Assembly: GCA_048128005.1 (NCBI GenBank)
Contig: JBEUKZ010000132.1
Span: 62,001 to 126,000, forward strand
Direction of reading: 5' to 3'
DNA length: 64,000 bases
Origin: Veleropilina oligotropha
Taxonomy: Eukaryota
Numbering within the stretch: the first letter of the stretch is position 1; every line of letters begins with the position of its first letter. The position numbers and the translations under genes were made by a program. Of the stretch, positions 1-12,753 are shown one piece after another. The notes under the pieces were generated by a model that did not search any database, was not told the DNA's origin, and saw only the letters and a program-made list of their open reading frames with translations.

Positions 1-657
1 CGGATTATGTCTTGACCTTTGTCTGCTAGGACCATCTGTTGTATATAGTGTATGTTAAATGTGATTATACAATCTAACATATTCATATGATGTATTTACT
101 TCCAACTCATGATTTTATGACAGATGACACGGACCATTTGATAATGTCTTGTCCTTTTATGTAATTTGATACTAGTATGTTTGCGCACATAAATAAAATT
201 TTAAATTTGTACATAAATGTTCATTTTCATTGTTGAAGACCATAAATGCGTGTAATGAAGAAGGATCAAACTCTATCACCACCTCACCCTGGAAATTAAT
301 ATTATTTATAACATTTCGGAAAAGTCGGGCTAGTGTGACATTGAGCAGGGCTAGTAAGATGTTGAATCCAACTAGCCCTTGGGCTAGTAACTTTTTTTCA
401 AATTTGTCCAGCCCTGATGTACCAATTAAATACTAATATATTCCTCATATTTAAACTTATGTAATTGTCGTCGAGGTAGTAAACTTGTCATTCTGTAGTG
501 CAATCTTGATTGGATTATCGCTCGGCAGTTATCAGTTGCTACTTCCTAATCAAGATGAGCGGTCAGTAATCTTACCCAACGTTTGCTTCGAACTGCCATA
601 TTAATCTGGCAACAAACACATTGACATGTGTTGTATAAATGTAAGCTGGACAGTTAA

Positions 658-1720
658 GGCCAACAAAAAAAATGAATAGTTTCTCAGGCATTTTTTTCCG
701 CATAAAAGTGCGCGCGCGAGCGAATTTTTTTTTATTTCTTATTTTTTTTATTGTATCATATTATGATAAAATGTACATAATTTTATTAAAATACCATGAA
801 ATTGTTCAAAGAAATGAATCAAAAAAACAAATTTCTTTATAAAACACTTTATTCGTCTCAGTACAATTAAAGCACAGTAAAGTTTTGGATATATTCTGAT
901 AATAATTTTATGCATTCAATATAAACATGTATATAAATGATAGAATGACAAGTTTAGATGATATACAGTTACTCTGGCATCATAAATTTACATTATACGC
1001 TGTTTTGTTGGGCCAATACAATACACCAAGGTTTCAAGCGCACGCTCCCGTTCGTTACTGTTACAGACACCAACATCTTGTTGTCTGCACAATACTCCGC
1101 TTGTCTGTCAATATCTCTAACAAAAGAATTTGTGTCAAATGAAAGCATGTACGGAAACAGCCGAAGTTTACAAGGGAGACAATTTATTCCGTCGTTTGTT
1201 TCAAGGGAGATCACCCAACAATGATTTCATTATAAGAATGATCGTTTTCGATTAAAATATCAGTAAAACTAGTATTTGACAAAAAACTTGCATTTGTAAT
1301 GTGTAAAATTGATTAACCCCTTGGGCCTATGAGAAATTTGCACAGATAAACCTTTTTATATGCGAAATCCGACTGTAGGGATATACCGGTCCGAGACATT
1401 CTGGCTTTATCGCGACAGGAAAGGGCAAGTGAAGTCGCTATTTATAGTGTAATGTATAGCAGTAATTTTTAAACGATAACAATGGAAATAACAAATGATA
1501 TAAAACATAGAATTTTTATTCGTATTATAAACAATATTACATTATGCAATGCAAAGTATACAGTCAACATGGGTTTTACATCCAATCGTACAAAGATATA
1601 TTAAAATATTATCATCAGACGAAATTTTTATTTTTTCATATTCAATAAAAAGCAAATGCGCGACCGACTTTTGACTGACGCGCCGGTGCCAGAGAAACTT
1701 TTTATTTTTTTTTGTTGGCC
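658..1720. mobile_element. PIF/Harbinger-like non-autonomous DNA transposon
   Basis: Imperfect ~33-bp TIRs ggccaacaaaaaaaatgaatagtttctcaggca / tgccagagaaactttttatttttttttgttggcc, each flanked by TAA. Confidence 0.7.
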
Positions 1721-3276
1721 TAATATAAACATTTTCTTATTTTGGATGAAAAGCTGGTCATTAATTTGCCTCGAAATGTCGCTGATATTTGTTGGAAATC
1801 GCGTACACAAAATGTCAGTTTGCGGAATTGCAGAACCACTCGATAAACAGAGTAGTGTGAAATGATGAACTTAACTAGCAATACAAGTCTATTGATACAA
1901 TAAATACTTCATAATGGTTTCATTGGAGTATTTTTGTACATAATTTTAAAAATGATGCGCTAAACACACACATGACTGCCGAAGTATTTTATTAACACGT
2001 GCACCCAAGCACCAGACCGCATATGATGGACCTCAAATTTGTCTTAAATTTCCTAAACAAATAAGATTTAATAACACACACACACTCCATAACTTTTGTT
2101 ATTTCAATTAGGGTTCATGTTTTTGTTTGCCTGTATTTGACTATTCCCGCAATTTATTTGGGTAAAATGATCACTGAGTTAATGAAGACAGTTCCTATTT
2201 TTAGACACATGTCCTACATTGAGACCCGACATTACATTACATTACTATGGAAACTTATTAGGGACAAAGAAATAAATGATACTTCTCTCTTTAAAGAAAT
2301 TGATAAGCAACCATTAACAATAAAGTACTAAACACTACAAAATATGCAGTAATGCATTAAGGAAAACATTTAATATATATTGGCTTTGCTGCATTTATTT
2401 TTCTTTATATCCAAATACTATACATGTAGTACTAATAAATATTTTATATATAAAATAAATCACATCTGTATGTATTTCAATAATACATTGTTACTTTTTA
2501 ATCATATTTATGATATTAATTGCGTAGTATCCATATTTATAATAATTTATTTATAATTAAAACTATTATTTATTATATAAATATAATAAGCCTGCCATCA
2601 TACTCATTTTTTACACATCACCATGTGTAAAACGTCATGCTACTGACTTCACCATATTAAACACGAAACCCGAGACTATCAGTTTATTGGCCGATGCTGG
2701 GACTCCCATGATTTTGAAGCATGGAGTCCTGGGACTCCAGACTTTGTCATTGGGACTCCAAGATTTTGAACCATGGAGTCAAAAATTCTTAGTGGATTGG
2801 AAGCCCTGGCTATTTCTGAAGCCGCAATATACTACTTTTAAAATTGTATAAACAAAGCATGGCCAAGAATGTAATTGTTTACATCTTCGAAAGGTTCCGA
2901 ATTCTGACACTGAAGAACATGTGCACTATGGGTTTACATATTATAAATCATGAGTGCTACTAAATATATTTCATAAAATATCAAATAAAATTATTTTATT
3001 TATGTGTGTTAAGCAAATATGATCGCAAATTATTAAATAACGACACTGGTTAAATAGGCTATAATAATGGCGTTCTAAAAATAGTTTAGGTACCTGAAAA
3101 ACGTGTCCTGGACTTCTTTCAAAATAATAACTTGGAATTTCCATTTAGCTGAAATGTTCATATTGATACCTCGAGTGAAAACTCGCGATCAGTGGTGACA
3201 CTTTGGATCAATTATAAAATTGAGATAAAAAATTATAAATTAATTGTGAATTTTAAATTTTATTTGAAGATTCTTT

Positions 3277-3920
3277 GCGCTCTTTCTTCTTAAAACAGCA
3301 TTACACTTTTTGTTTATAACATAAAAAGTTAGGAATTTTCAACACTCAACTTTCGTCAGTAATTTCCTACCGTTTATATTAATCGCTACTGTATATTTAA
3401 AAATAATAAAACGTGGTCCACGTTTAATTACCTCGCACCGAGTACATTTCCAATTTACCTAGTTGGAGCACAGTTGCGTTGGTTTCTGTTCGTCAAGTAA
3501 GATAGCTTTCTACTTGACAATAACATATATTGCTCAGTTCCAATAATAAGGGGGGGCAGCATGGCCGAGTGGATACGGTGCTGGTCTACTAAACGGGAGG
3601 TCACGGGTTCAAGTCCCCGGAGTTCCTGGGACTTTTCCAATGATCGCCGCCTCCATTGCACACAGCACCAACTCATCTCATCATTCAAAGCTGATTGACC
3701 CGATTTATAACTGAAATACTGTTGGCGTGGTCGTAAAACATCAATTCATCCATCATCCATCCAATAATAATTTCAATGAAATTCTATCATTTGATCATAT
3801 ATCGATCATATCTTCGCGAAATTTGTATCAATCTGCGCGAACCGGGCGATAGAGGATGTCAGGACAACTTGTGCCAGAGACAACTCTTGCGAAAGAGCAC
3901 ATTTACGGGCAATAGTCTCT
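3277..3920 (+). mobile_element. Kolobok-like MITE, copy 1 (left TIR lost, SINE inserted)
   Basis: Near-identical to 4945-5354; right TIR atttacgggcaatagtctct followed by TTAA. Confidence 0.8.
3550..3760 (+). mobile_element. tRNA-derived SINE (family A)
   Basis: A box tggccgagtgg, B box ggttcaagtcc, (catc)n tail, 10-bp TSD ccaataataa at 3540-3549 and 3761-3770; the empty site is visible in the 4945-5354 copy. Confidence 0.88.
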
Positions 3921-4387
3921 TTAACTCATTTTGAAAAAATAATAATAATTAATAAGGAAATATATCAATTATACAATTTATTACCATCAATATTACTGGC
4001 AATATTATATATATATGTATAAAGTATTATTAATGAATGGAAAAGGTTTCTCATAAAAATGGGTTACCCAAATAAAATGGGTTATGCAACTACTATATGG
4101 CGTAACCCATAAACAGGTCTTAAATGCCAAATTTCAATTTGTGTAGGCCTGACTGACCATGTATCGACCTGCATGACTGACAAGTCTAATGTCTTGAACA
4201 GTGAGTTGGACCAAAATGTTAAATTGGAAAATTAACAGCAATACCACATTCAATGTAATCATATAAATACTTTAACCCACAGGGTCCGACTAAGATGTGC
4301 CTAGCAAATTGTTAAAATTGGCAGTAGATACCAATTTACAACATCTGTCTTTTATATTTCAACCCTTTTGTTATCAATGTCTTTCAG

Positions 4388-4609
4388 CTAATATGAGTTC
4401 TGGAATTGATAGAGACGACGGACTGCCAGTTCCGAAGATCGTCCTGTATCCTCCGGATAAAATCAAACTGGAATGGAAAAGGATACAGAAGATCGGATCT
4501 GGACTGGTCAACATGGGCAACACCTGCTTCCTCAACTCCATCATGCAGTGTCTGACCTACACGACCCCGCTCGCCAACTACTGTCTCACCGAGGAGCACG
4601 CCACGTCAT
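4388..4609 (+). CDS. USP36: USP36-like exon (Cys box)
   Basis: tttcag|CT acceptor and T|gtgagt donor; encodes DGLPVPKIVLYPPDKIKLEWKRIQKIGSGLVNMGNTCFLNSIMQCLTYTTPLANY. Confidence 0.95.
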
Positions 4610-4944
4610 GTGAGTATCACAGAAGGAAAAGTATGAAAGACCTAAACATTGTCTCTGGAAGAAGAGAATGTGTCAATTGTCTAACCACATCATGGGGTAG
4701 ATCAAGTTCAAATATCGAAATTATGTTGTTGAAAAATTGTTGTTTTTAGTCGACTTTAAACTTTGTTTTTTGAAACATGGACGCGGTCAGTGGTCTCACT
4801 ACTTTTTTCCATCTAGTAAAATGTTTGTTTTCTCAAAGTGTACTGTTCAACCAAGCCACATTTACGGAGAGATCAGATTCGGAAGCATAGTCTATTAGAA
4901 CCACTTAGCGCCAACAACTTGTTTATGTGCGATTATAAAATTAA

Positions 4945-5354
4945 AGAGACTATTGCCCGTAAATGCGCTCTCCTTTTTTAAAAAGAAAACAGCATTACAC
5001 TTTTTGTTTATAACACTCAACTTTCGTCAGTAATTTGCTAACGTTTAAGTTAATCGCTACCGAATATTTAAAAATAATAAAACGCGGTCCGCGTTTAATT
5101 ACCTCGCACAGAGTTCATTTCCAATTGACCTAGTTGGAGCACAGTTGCGTTGGTTTCTGCTCGTCAAGTAAGATAGCTTTCTACTTGACAATAACATATA
5201 TTGCCCAGTTACAATAATAATTTCAATAATAGTCTATCATTTGATCATATATCGATCATATCTTCGCAAAATTTGTATCAATCTGCGCGAACCGGTCGAA
5301 AGATAGTGTCGGGACAACTCGTGCGAAAGAGTGCATTTACGGGCAATAGTCTCT
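4945..5354 (+). mobile_element. Kolobok-like MITE, copy 2 (intact)
   Basis: TTAA|agagactattgcccgtaaatgc ... gcatttacgggcaatagtctct|TTAA. Confidence 0.85.
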
Positions 5355-5403
5355 TTAAATCAACTTCTAAATAAAATTGGCTGTTATACACTTGAAATTT
5401 CAG

Positions 5404-5514
5404 GCAAGCAAGCTGGGTTCTGCATGATGTGTGAGCTTAATCGCCACATTCGCCGTTGCCATGAGAACACTGGAAATGCCATCAAACCACAGTCAATACT
5501 GCAGAAACTGAAAT
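5404..5514 (+). CDS. USP36: USP36-like exon
   Basis: tttcag|GC ... T|gtgagc; CKQAGFCMMCELNRHIRRCHENTGNAIKPQSILQKLK. Confidence 0.93.
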
Positions 5515-5687
5515 GTGAGCTATGAATATCTTTATATTAGTCTTGAGATAGTTTTATGGCTTTGTCACAAGGCTACATTTATATCTAATATACAGTGTAA
5601 TGCATTAACGTGAGAATATTGTGATTTGTGTTTATAAATTATAAAAATGAAATATTGAAGTTTTCTTTGCTGTGACATCTTTTTCAG

Positions 5688-5790
5688 TGATCGCTAAACA
5701 TATGCACTGGGGCCGACAAGAGGATGCCCATGAGTTTCTCCGCTATGTGGTTGATGCATTGCAGAGAGCTTGCCTCAACGGTTATGCCAA
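5688..5790 (+). CDS. USP36: USP36-like exon (QEDAHEFL box)
   Basis: tttcag|TG ... AA|gtaagt; LIAKHMHWGRQEDAHEFLRYVVDALQRACLNGYA. Confidence 0.95.
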
Positions 5791-5946
5791 GTAAGTTATG
5801 AAACTGCATTTGACCACTCAGTTTCACTGCATTTGACATTTTGTAACTGAAGCACTAACAAGTACATGTATGTAGTTGTATGCTTGGACAGAAGACCGTG
5901 TCTGCCTATACGAGTATGATAGAGAGCTCAAATAAGCAATATCTTT

Positions 5947-6720
5947 TGTGGGTATCTTTTACTTAATTTTAGAACTTTTTTTGAAACTAAAATTTCCAAC
6001 ATTTCGGCCATTATTGAATGGCCTTGGTCACGTGATGTTTGCTCTTGTGTAACTGCTGCTCAGGAATCATGTTCAGCACCTGGCGTTAGATAGCGGGCAG
6101 CTGGTATCCCTGGTCTCTGTTCATAGATTGGGTGCGGCAGATGATATGGATAGACTCTTTGATTTTCTGTTTGAGTCAGTTCTCCTCCCTTGTCAGAACT
6201 TTGGTGTTATCAATCGACACAGAGTGACCCGTATCATTGCAGTGATCCCCAACTGCTGTGGGTTTGTCCAGGTTACGGTGTTCTTTAAACCTGGTGACCA
6301 GAGTGCGTTTAGTCTCTCCTACGTATGTGTGGCTCGTATCCTGGTCACATGCGATGTTGTATATGACGCCACACTGGTTTTCCCTGGGGGTCTTGTCCTT
6401 TGGATGTACTAGATGAGATCTTTGGGTGTTAGTCGGCTTGTGGTAGGTGGTGATGCCATGTGATTTGAAGATACGTGCGAGATGTTCAGACAATCCTTTG
6501 ACATATGGTATACCTATTACCGGGCCTCGATTTGTGTGTTCCTGATGTGGCTGTTTTGGTTTCTGTTTCGTTGTGGTATGTTCATAGACCAAGGGGTGTA
6601 ACCATTAGATGTCAGTGCCCCTGCTACGTGGTTGAGCTCTTCTTGTTGGACCTCTGGAGTTGTAACATCAGAAATTTTATTTAAAAAAATAGTTCTAAAA
6701 GTAAGTAAAAAATACCCACA
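5947..6720 (-). mobile_element. 5'-truncated Penelope-like element (GIY-YIG endonuclease remnant)
   Basis: ORF 6176-6592: IPYVKGLSEHLARIF...LVHPKDK...GVIYNIAC...YVGETKRTLVTRFKEH...AVGDHC, continuing past a stop to KIKESIHI...MNRDQG; ~50-bp inverted repeat at both ends. Confidence 0.88.
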
Positions 6721-6905
6721 ATAATATATCATCCTTTAGGACCATGAACAATTTATTTTACAATATAATCTTTGTCCCCTGGTCCTCTGGATGCATATAA
6801 TATGTCCCAAATGTCATGGATCTTTCACTTTAAGTATATAAATTGTCCTCCAAGTTTCAGAGAAACTGTGGGTCTTTAAGGCACAACTCTTCCTCTTTAT
6901 TGCAG

Positions 6906-6973
6906 ATTGGATAAATTCAGCAAGCAAACGACGGTCGTTAATCAAATATTTGGTGGATACCTAAGAAGTCAAG
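6906..6973 (+). CDS. USP36: USP36-like exon
   Basis: ttgcag|A ... G|gtaagt; KLDKFSKQTTVVNQIFGGYLRSQ. Confidence 0.93.
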
Positions 6974-7469
6974 GTAAGTCTGTCTTGTTGAATAGTTTAC
7001 ATAACCCTTTGGGCTGTGTATCTTCCACCACTACCAGGGACCACACAGTCGAATTGATACATTAGTAGGTGCGGTGTTGACACGTGTCGGTCCGTCACTT
7101 GGCCGATAAACAACATTTATGTCACTGCGCCACTCAAACGGTTAAAAAGTTAATAGTAACAATCAAAATGATGTCAAAGTTTTGTTCACTGAATATGTAA
7201 GGCCTAGACTTTTAAATTGTTTTCTCATAATCGAGGTGCCTTGTGGGTAAGATCTTTGCTCTTATTTCACTCTCACCGGCTCTTCTTCCCTTCTTCACAT
7301 GAGTCGGTTACCGTCCTTGACTTAAGACACTTAGCACGGTTTAAGTTGTACATAACTTGCTTTGGCTGGTGGCTTTCCTCCCACAATGATGTGGGCGATC
7401 ATATATGTTAAAATAAGACAATAAGCATACAAAATTCTGATGATGAATATGAAACTGTTTTTTCCGTAG

Positions 7470-7540
7470 TTCAATGCCTGCGCTGCAAGGAGAGATCAAA
7501 TACATATGACCCTTTCCTCGATCTGAGTCTGGATATCAAG
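7470..7540 (+). CDS. USP36: USP36-like exon
   Basis: ccgtag|TT ... AAG|gtaagg; VQCLRCKERSNTYDPFLDLSLDIK. Confidence 0.93.
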
Positions 7541-7604
7541 GTAAGGCAGTTTTTCGAGAATACTATCTTTAATGTCGGCTTTCTGCCAACTTGGTGTTAT
7601 AATA

Positions 7605-8609
7605 CAGGTTTCTCCCCGGGCATTTATAGGGTGGCTGGTCCACCATTCCAGATGTTCACCCCATAGAAGCCATATAATTAATATATACTGTAAAACATGA
7701 TATTATTGCGACATGAAATTATTGCGATTGGTGAAAGTCAAAAATAATGCGACATGATATTATTGCGTTTTCATCCCTGTAAGTTGGTAAAATTTATGGT
7801 CAAATATATTTATAATATTACTAGGGAATTTTCAGTCTATTGACATTATTGCAAACAACTTAATAGTCGGGAACTACTGATAAAATGGCTTAGTCAATAA
7901 CGGTCCCTTGATTAACAATGCTGACACTAATGCTGGGGTAAGTCACCAGTGATCAAAATTAGCCGGGAACTTCTGACAAAATTGTTTATTCATTATGGTC
8001 CTTTGATTAACAATGCTGAACCTTTTGACGGGGTAAGTCACCGATGATCAATGGTTGGATTAAGTAAACAGCTGATAACTATGAATGCCGATGCAAGAAG
8101 CTGGCAAGTAGTAATCTCTAAAACAATCAGCCTATACGCATTGCGTGCTACGCTGAGTATTCCTCACAAAAGATGGTAAAATTAATAGTAGCAATTATTA
8201 TTCCATTACGACAGGGCTTTCTGATTCATGTTCATAAACGTTTTTTTATATAAAGGATTTATTTTATTGTCTTGTTTTATTCCCTTGTGCAATATGACAA
8301 TAGTATTGCCCGACAACTGCACGTTTTCTGGCTTGATAATATATGTTGCAATTATTACTCTAGTATCTTCTACAAATTATTAAAACTAGAAAAATATTGC
8401 GACATGTTATTATTGCGATCACAGGTCACTCGCAATATTCGCATTAATATCATGTACGCAATAATTTCATGTTTTACAGTATATACAATATATATATACA
8501 AAATATATATACACGCATGCATACACACATCCACGTGCGTGCGAACACAAGCGCCCCTCCGCGACATAATTCCCCCGCATATATATAATTTCAACCCGAG
8601 AGAACCCTG
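7605..8609. mobile_element. hAT5-like MITE (5-bp TSD), interrupted by a TA-MITE
   Basis: caggtttctc ... gagaaccctg with TSD taata; uninterrupted inverted copy at 18544-18842. Confidence 0.75.
7688..8479. mobile_element. Tc1/mariner-type MITE
   Basis: TA|ctgtaaaacatgatattattgcg ... cgcaataatttcatgttttacag|TA. Confidence 0.85.
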
Positions 8610-8664
8610 TAATATATATATATATTTAACCGAGACAGCAGGGTTAAGACTGGCATCCCTTTAA

Positions 8665-9241
8665 GGGAAGATGAGGGTCGAAAATAGACTTTTGGACATA
8701 TCTCACGAACTATTAAAGATAGGTTGATGAAATTTGGCACACACATTTTTCGTAAAATATATCTGGTGACACCACGGGGAGAAATTCAATTTCCGTATTA
8801 ACATTTATTTCTTTATTTCTACAGCTGAAAAGTGAATATAAATAGATGTGTTTCGCAACCAGAAAATATGGATATGATATACAGTTGTTCTGTTGAAGAA
8901 AATATGTCACCAAGATTTGGTATTTTTTTGGAAAAAATTAAAACAGTCAATGAAATATTTTCTTGCGCAACACATCCATTTATATTCACTTCTCAGCTGT
9001 ACTAATTACAGGTACTGAATGTTTCCCTGTGATGTCACCATAAACCTTAAAAAAACAGTTAAAAAAAGTATTGTGACTTTTATCAATACATATCATACAT
9101 CATTCATATTTATAACAGATAATGCTCTTGGGATAGTGGATATGTGTGCCAAATTTCATCTATTTATCTCTAATAGTTCTTGAGGTATGTCCATAAATCT
9201 CCGAAATATCCACAAGTCTATTGTTCGACCCTCGTCTTCCC
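8665..9241. mobile_element. Kolobok-like MITE
   Basis: TTAA|gggaagatgagggtcgaaaatagactt ... aagtctattgttcgaccctcgtcttccc|TTAA. Confidence 0.85.
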
Positions 9242-9290
9242 TTAATACTGGTCATGTTGAGAGTTCACTTTTTTGTTGTTTTCTTTACAG

Positions 9291-9373
9291 AATGTTCCTA
9301 GTTTAGAGAAAGCATTTGAAAAGTTTGTCCACCCAGAAACTCTAGACACTGACAATGCTTATTTGTGTCCAAG
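9291..9373 (+). CDS. USP36: USP36-like exon
   Basis: ttacag|AAT ... AG|gtatgc; NVPSLEKAFEKFVHPETLDTDNAYLCP. Confidence 0.93.
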
Positions 9374-9779
9374 GTATGCTTCTACTATAAACAGCAAGTA
9401 GAGCGCATGATATATGTAATATATTATATAATATTCTTATGAAATGCATTCATTGAGTAGCTGTGTGTAAATTTTATGGATGAGAAGATTCAAGTATTAA
9501 ATTTAAATTGATACCTACTACAGCAGACTGTGTCGAATTGGAACTTTTGACTTGATAAATTTGAATCATAACCATTATCAGCCTTCATGAGGACTCTTCC
9601 AAGAAAAACTGATAACATTGTACAGCACATAATTTTGAAGCCATAATGCTCCCTATGTCCTTTCCAATGATCTATTGTGTATGTGTGGATATGGCCAGTG
9701 TGTCTTCATGTGCCCGGTGGTTTGGACATCATTAATTTTATCAGATATAGTCAGTCTGCCAGTCATTGAAAAATGCATA

Positions 9780-9987
9780 CTGTAAAATCCCGTATTTTAG
9801 CGTGCCTTTTATTTTCGCGAGTTTCGCGTACCTAATATTATCGCGAAAATAAAAGGTCGCAAAACATTTTTTGGAATAAAGCTCAATTAACATAGGGATA
9901 AACAATCGCTAATTTACAAGGCCGCTAATATACAGTTATATGAGAAATCGCTAAATTTTATGGCTGCTAAAATATAGGGGTTTACAG
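9780..9987. mobile_element. Tc1/mariner-type MITE
   Basis: TA|ctgtaaaatcccgtattttagc ... gctaaaatataggggtttacag|TA. Confidence 0.75.
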
Positions 9988-10220
9988 TATTTATGTATTT
10001 AAACCTTTATAGTGACGTCATTCTATTGTCTTGACCCGTGGTTTAACTAACCGTATTAGATTTTAGACCACGAGGGACTATTTTTTTTAAAACTAAAAAT
10101 GTGTTTATTAGTGTATTAAAATCATATATTTTACATTTGTTTACATTTTTTCAATGGTTTAAGTCGGTTAATGTATCACTCGGTTTTTGTTGCCTAATCG
10201 GAGAAATCTGTGCAGTTATA

Positions 10221-11473
10221 CAGGGGTCGACCTTCACGGTAATCCGGTAACCCAAAGTTACCAGATATCTAAACGGATTACCACTATGGTCTTTTCAGTG
10301 ACCCATGTGGGAACCAGATATTCAGAAGACCAAATTAACTTGCATAGTCCATTCACCCATTGTCCACTTGAAAGAACACCACCCTAATTAACTTCCAATT
10401 ACTAATCGCCTATCAACAAAAAACCTAATCATTTTATTTCTGGCTTGTGAAAACATACCCAGGTGCGAACAGCTTCCCGTATTTACCTCTGGCGACCAAC
10501 AATTAGTACCTTGATATCAGTCAGCTACTGTCACTTGTCAGTGGTTCCAGTAGGCTATTACATCAATGTTCCACTAGTTTATTATAAAAATCGTTATCCG
10601 ACACTGCGGACTCAACAATGTGAAAATTGCTACTTTAACTCAAACATCGCTTTGTGGCCGCCATTTTTTGTTCATATTGTAAAAAGCCTACCACGTGTTT
10701 TCATTGGTCAATGAGTTATGCTAGGCCAATCATTTGCTGTCTTACTAAATGACATGGCTACCGCTTTATGATTATGTGGTCTTATACTGTAATTGAACAA
10801 TTTCAAGATAAAGTGGCGGGTACGTCATGATTATTGAACAGAAAAATGAACATCTTATTAACTCTTAGCATGCTAAGGAACACAATGGATAGCTCATTAA
10901 CTAATGCTATGTGAGTGCCTTGCATAACAATGGCAGGGCAGGAATTCCTGCCGCCAGCAGGCAAAGAGTTAACAAACATATAAAAGGAAGTTAAAAATAA
11001 TTAAGGTGTATTATAATTTATTGATAAATTGAATTTTATTTATTTTTTTCAAGATAATGGCTAAATGTTCTGAAAATGACATATCCATATGTGACCATAA
11101 AAATTATGTTATAACAACTAAAAAAATTCCTTTGCCATATTGGATAATAGTTGTCAATGGAAAATTAATGATTTATGCAGACTGAATAAATTAATCACAT
11201 CAATATGTTCCTAATACTGTATTAATATAAATAATTAAATGACAGAATGTCAGATGCTTATTGTCCGGACCTTGTGGACAATGACAGGAAATTCAATGAG
11301 TTGACGGTTCCAAATTAAGTAAAAGTTTGATTGTGTTTTATGGATTTTTAAGTTCAACTAAAATTAAATAAATGCTTTAAATTACGGGATACCAGTTATG
11401 TTTGCGGGATACCAGAAATTCATTTGTGGTATCCCTGCTGGGTACCACAATTTTTGGGGAAGATCTACCCCTG
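10221..11473. mobile_element. hAT5-like MITE (5-bp TSD)
   Basis: caggggtcgacctt ... aagatctacccctg with TSD ttata on both sides. Confidence 0.75.
10862..10968. mobile_element. Very short piggyBac-like MITE
   Basis: TTAA|ctcttagcatgct ... agcaggcaaagag|TTAA. Confidence 0.55.
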
Positions 11474-11542
11474 TTATACAACTCGGCGCCTCATGGTTTA
11501 ACTGCAGGCTTCTCAGATTAAACAACCTAACCTCTAGTCTGG

Positions 11543-12648
11543 ATATAACCTATACATAGATTATATAAGGCACGGAAGTGGAACATATATAACCTATACA
11601 TAGATTATATAAGGCACGGAAGTGGAACATATATAACCTATGCATAGATTATATAAGGCACGGAAGTGGAACATATATAACCTATGCATAGATTATATAA
11701 GGCACGGAAGTGGAACATATATATAACCTATGCATAGACTATATAAGGCACGGAAGTGGAACATATATAACCTATGCATAGATTATATAAGGCACGGAAG
11801 TGGAACATATATAACCTATACATAGATTATATAAGGCACGGAAGTGGAACATATATAACCTATACATGGATTATATAAGGCACGGAAGTGGAACATATAT
11901 AACCTATACATAGATTATATAAGGCACGGAAGTGGAACATATATAACCTATACATGGATTATATAAGGCACGGAAGTGGAACATATATAACCTATACATA
12001 GATTATATAAGGCATGGAAGTGGAACATATATAACCAATACATGGATTATATAAGGCACGGAAGTGGAACATATATAGCCTATACATAGATTATATAAGG
12101 CACGGAAGTGGAACATATATACCCTATACATAGATTATATAAGGCACGGAAGTGGAACATATATAACCTATATATAGATTATATAAGGCACGGAAGTGGA
12201 ACATATATAACCTATACATAGATTATATAAGGCACGGAGGTGGAACATATATAGCCAATACATAGATTATATAAGGCACGGAAGTGGAACATATATAACC
12301 TGTACATAGATTATATAAGGCACGGAAGTGGAACATATATAACCTATACATAGATTATATAAGGCACGGAAGTGGAACATATATAACCAATACATAGATT
12401 ATATAAGGCGCAGAAGTGGAACATATATAACCTGTACATAGATTATATAAGGCGCAGAAGTGGAACATATATAACCTTTACATAGATTATATAAGGCGCA
12501 GAAGTGGAACATATATAACCTTTACATAGATTATATAAGGCACGGAAGTGGAACATATATAACCTTTACATAGATTATATAAGGCGCTGGAAGTGGAACA
12601 TATATAACCTTTACATAGATTATATAAGGCACGGAAGTGGAACATATG
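11543..12648 (+). repeat. 44-bp minisatellite, ~25 copies
   Basis: Unit acctatacatagattatataaggcacggaagtggaacatatata; period 44 measured between successive cacggaagtg. Confidence 0.97.
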
Positions 12649-12675
12649 CATAAATATTTAATTTTGCTCTCATAG

Positions 12676-12753
12676 ATGCAAACAGAAGGTTCCAGCTCAG
12701 AAGAGGTTTTCTATTTATCAAGGATCGAACGTGCTAACCGTTCATTTGAAGAG
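12676..12753 (+). CDS. USP36: USP36-like exon
   Basis: ctcatag|A ... AG|gtaaca; RCKQKVPAQKRFSIYQGSNVLTVHLKR (a different frame from the listed 12676 ORF). Confidence 0.92.

Larger units (their letters stand above)
2811..4151 (-). mobile_element. Partial copy of the hAT-like MITE at 17592-18484, carrying nested insertions
   Basis: 2811-3270 and 3925-4151 match the reverse complement of 17592-18335; ends in caatttgtgtaggcctg. Confidence 0.7.

Noticed and set aside
3550..3625. tRNA genes at the SINE heads (also 16540-16610, 20502, 28465, 53200)
   Set aside because: A and B boxes are present but there is no proper acceptor stem; the intact copies continue into a SINE body with tail and TSD
4393..4395. 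ATG at 4393 as the USP36 start codon
   Set aside because: It lies just after a strong acceptor, and USP36 proteins normally extend further N-terminally; an upstream coding exon is more likely but was not found, so this is unresolved
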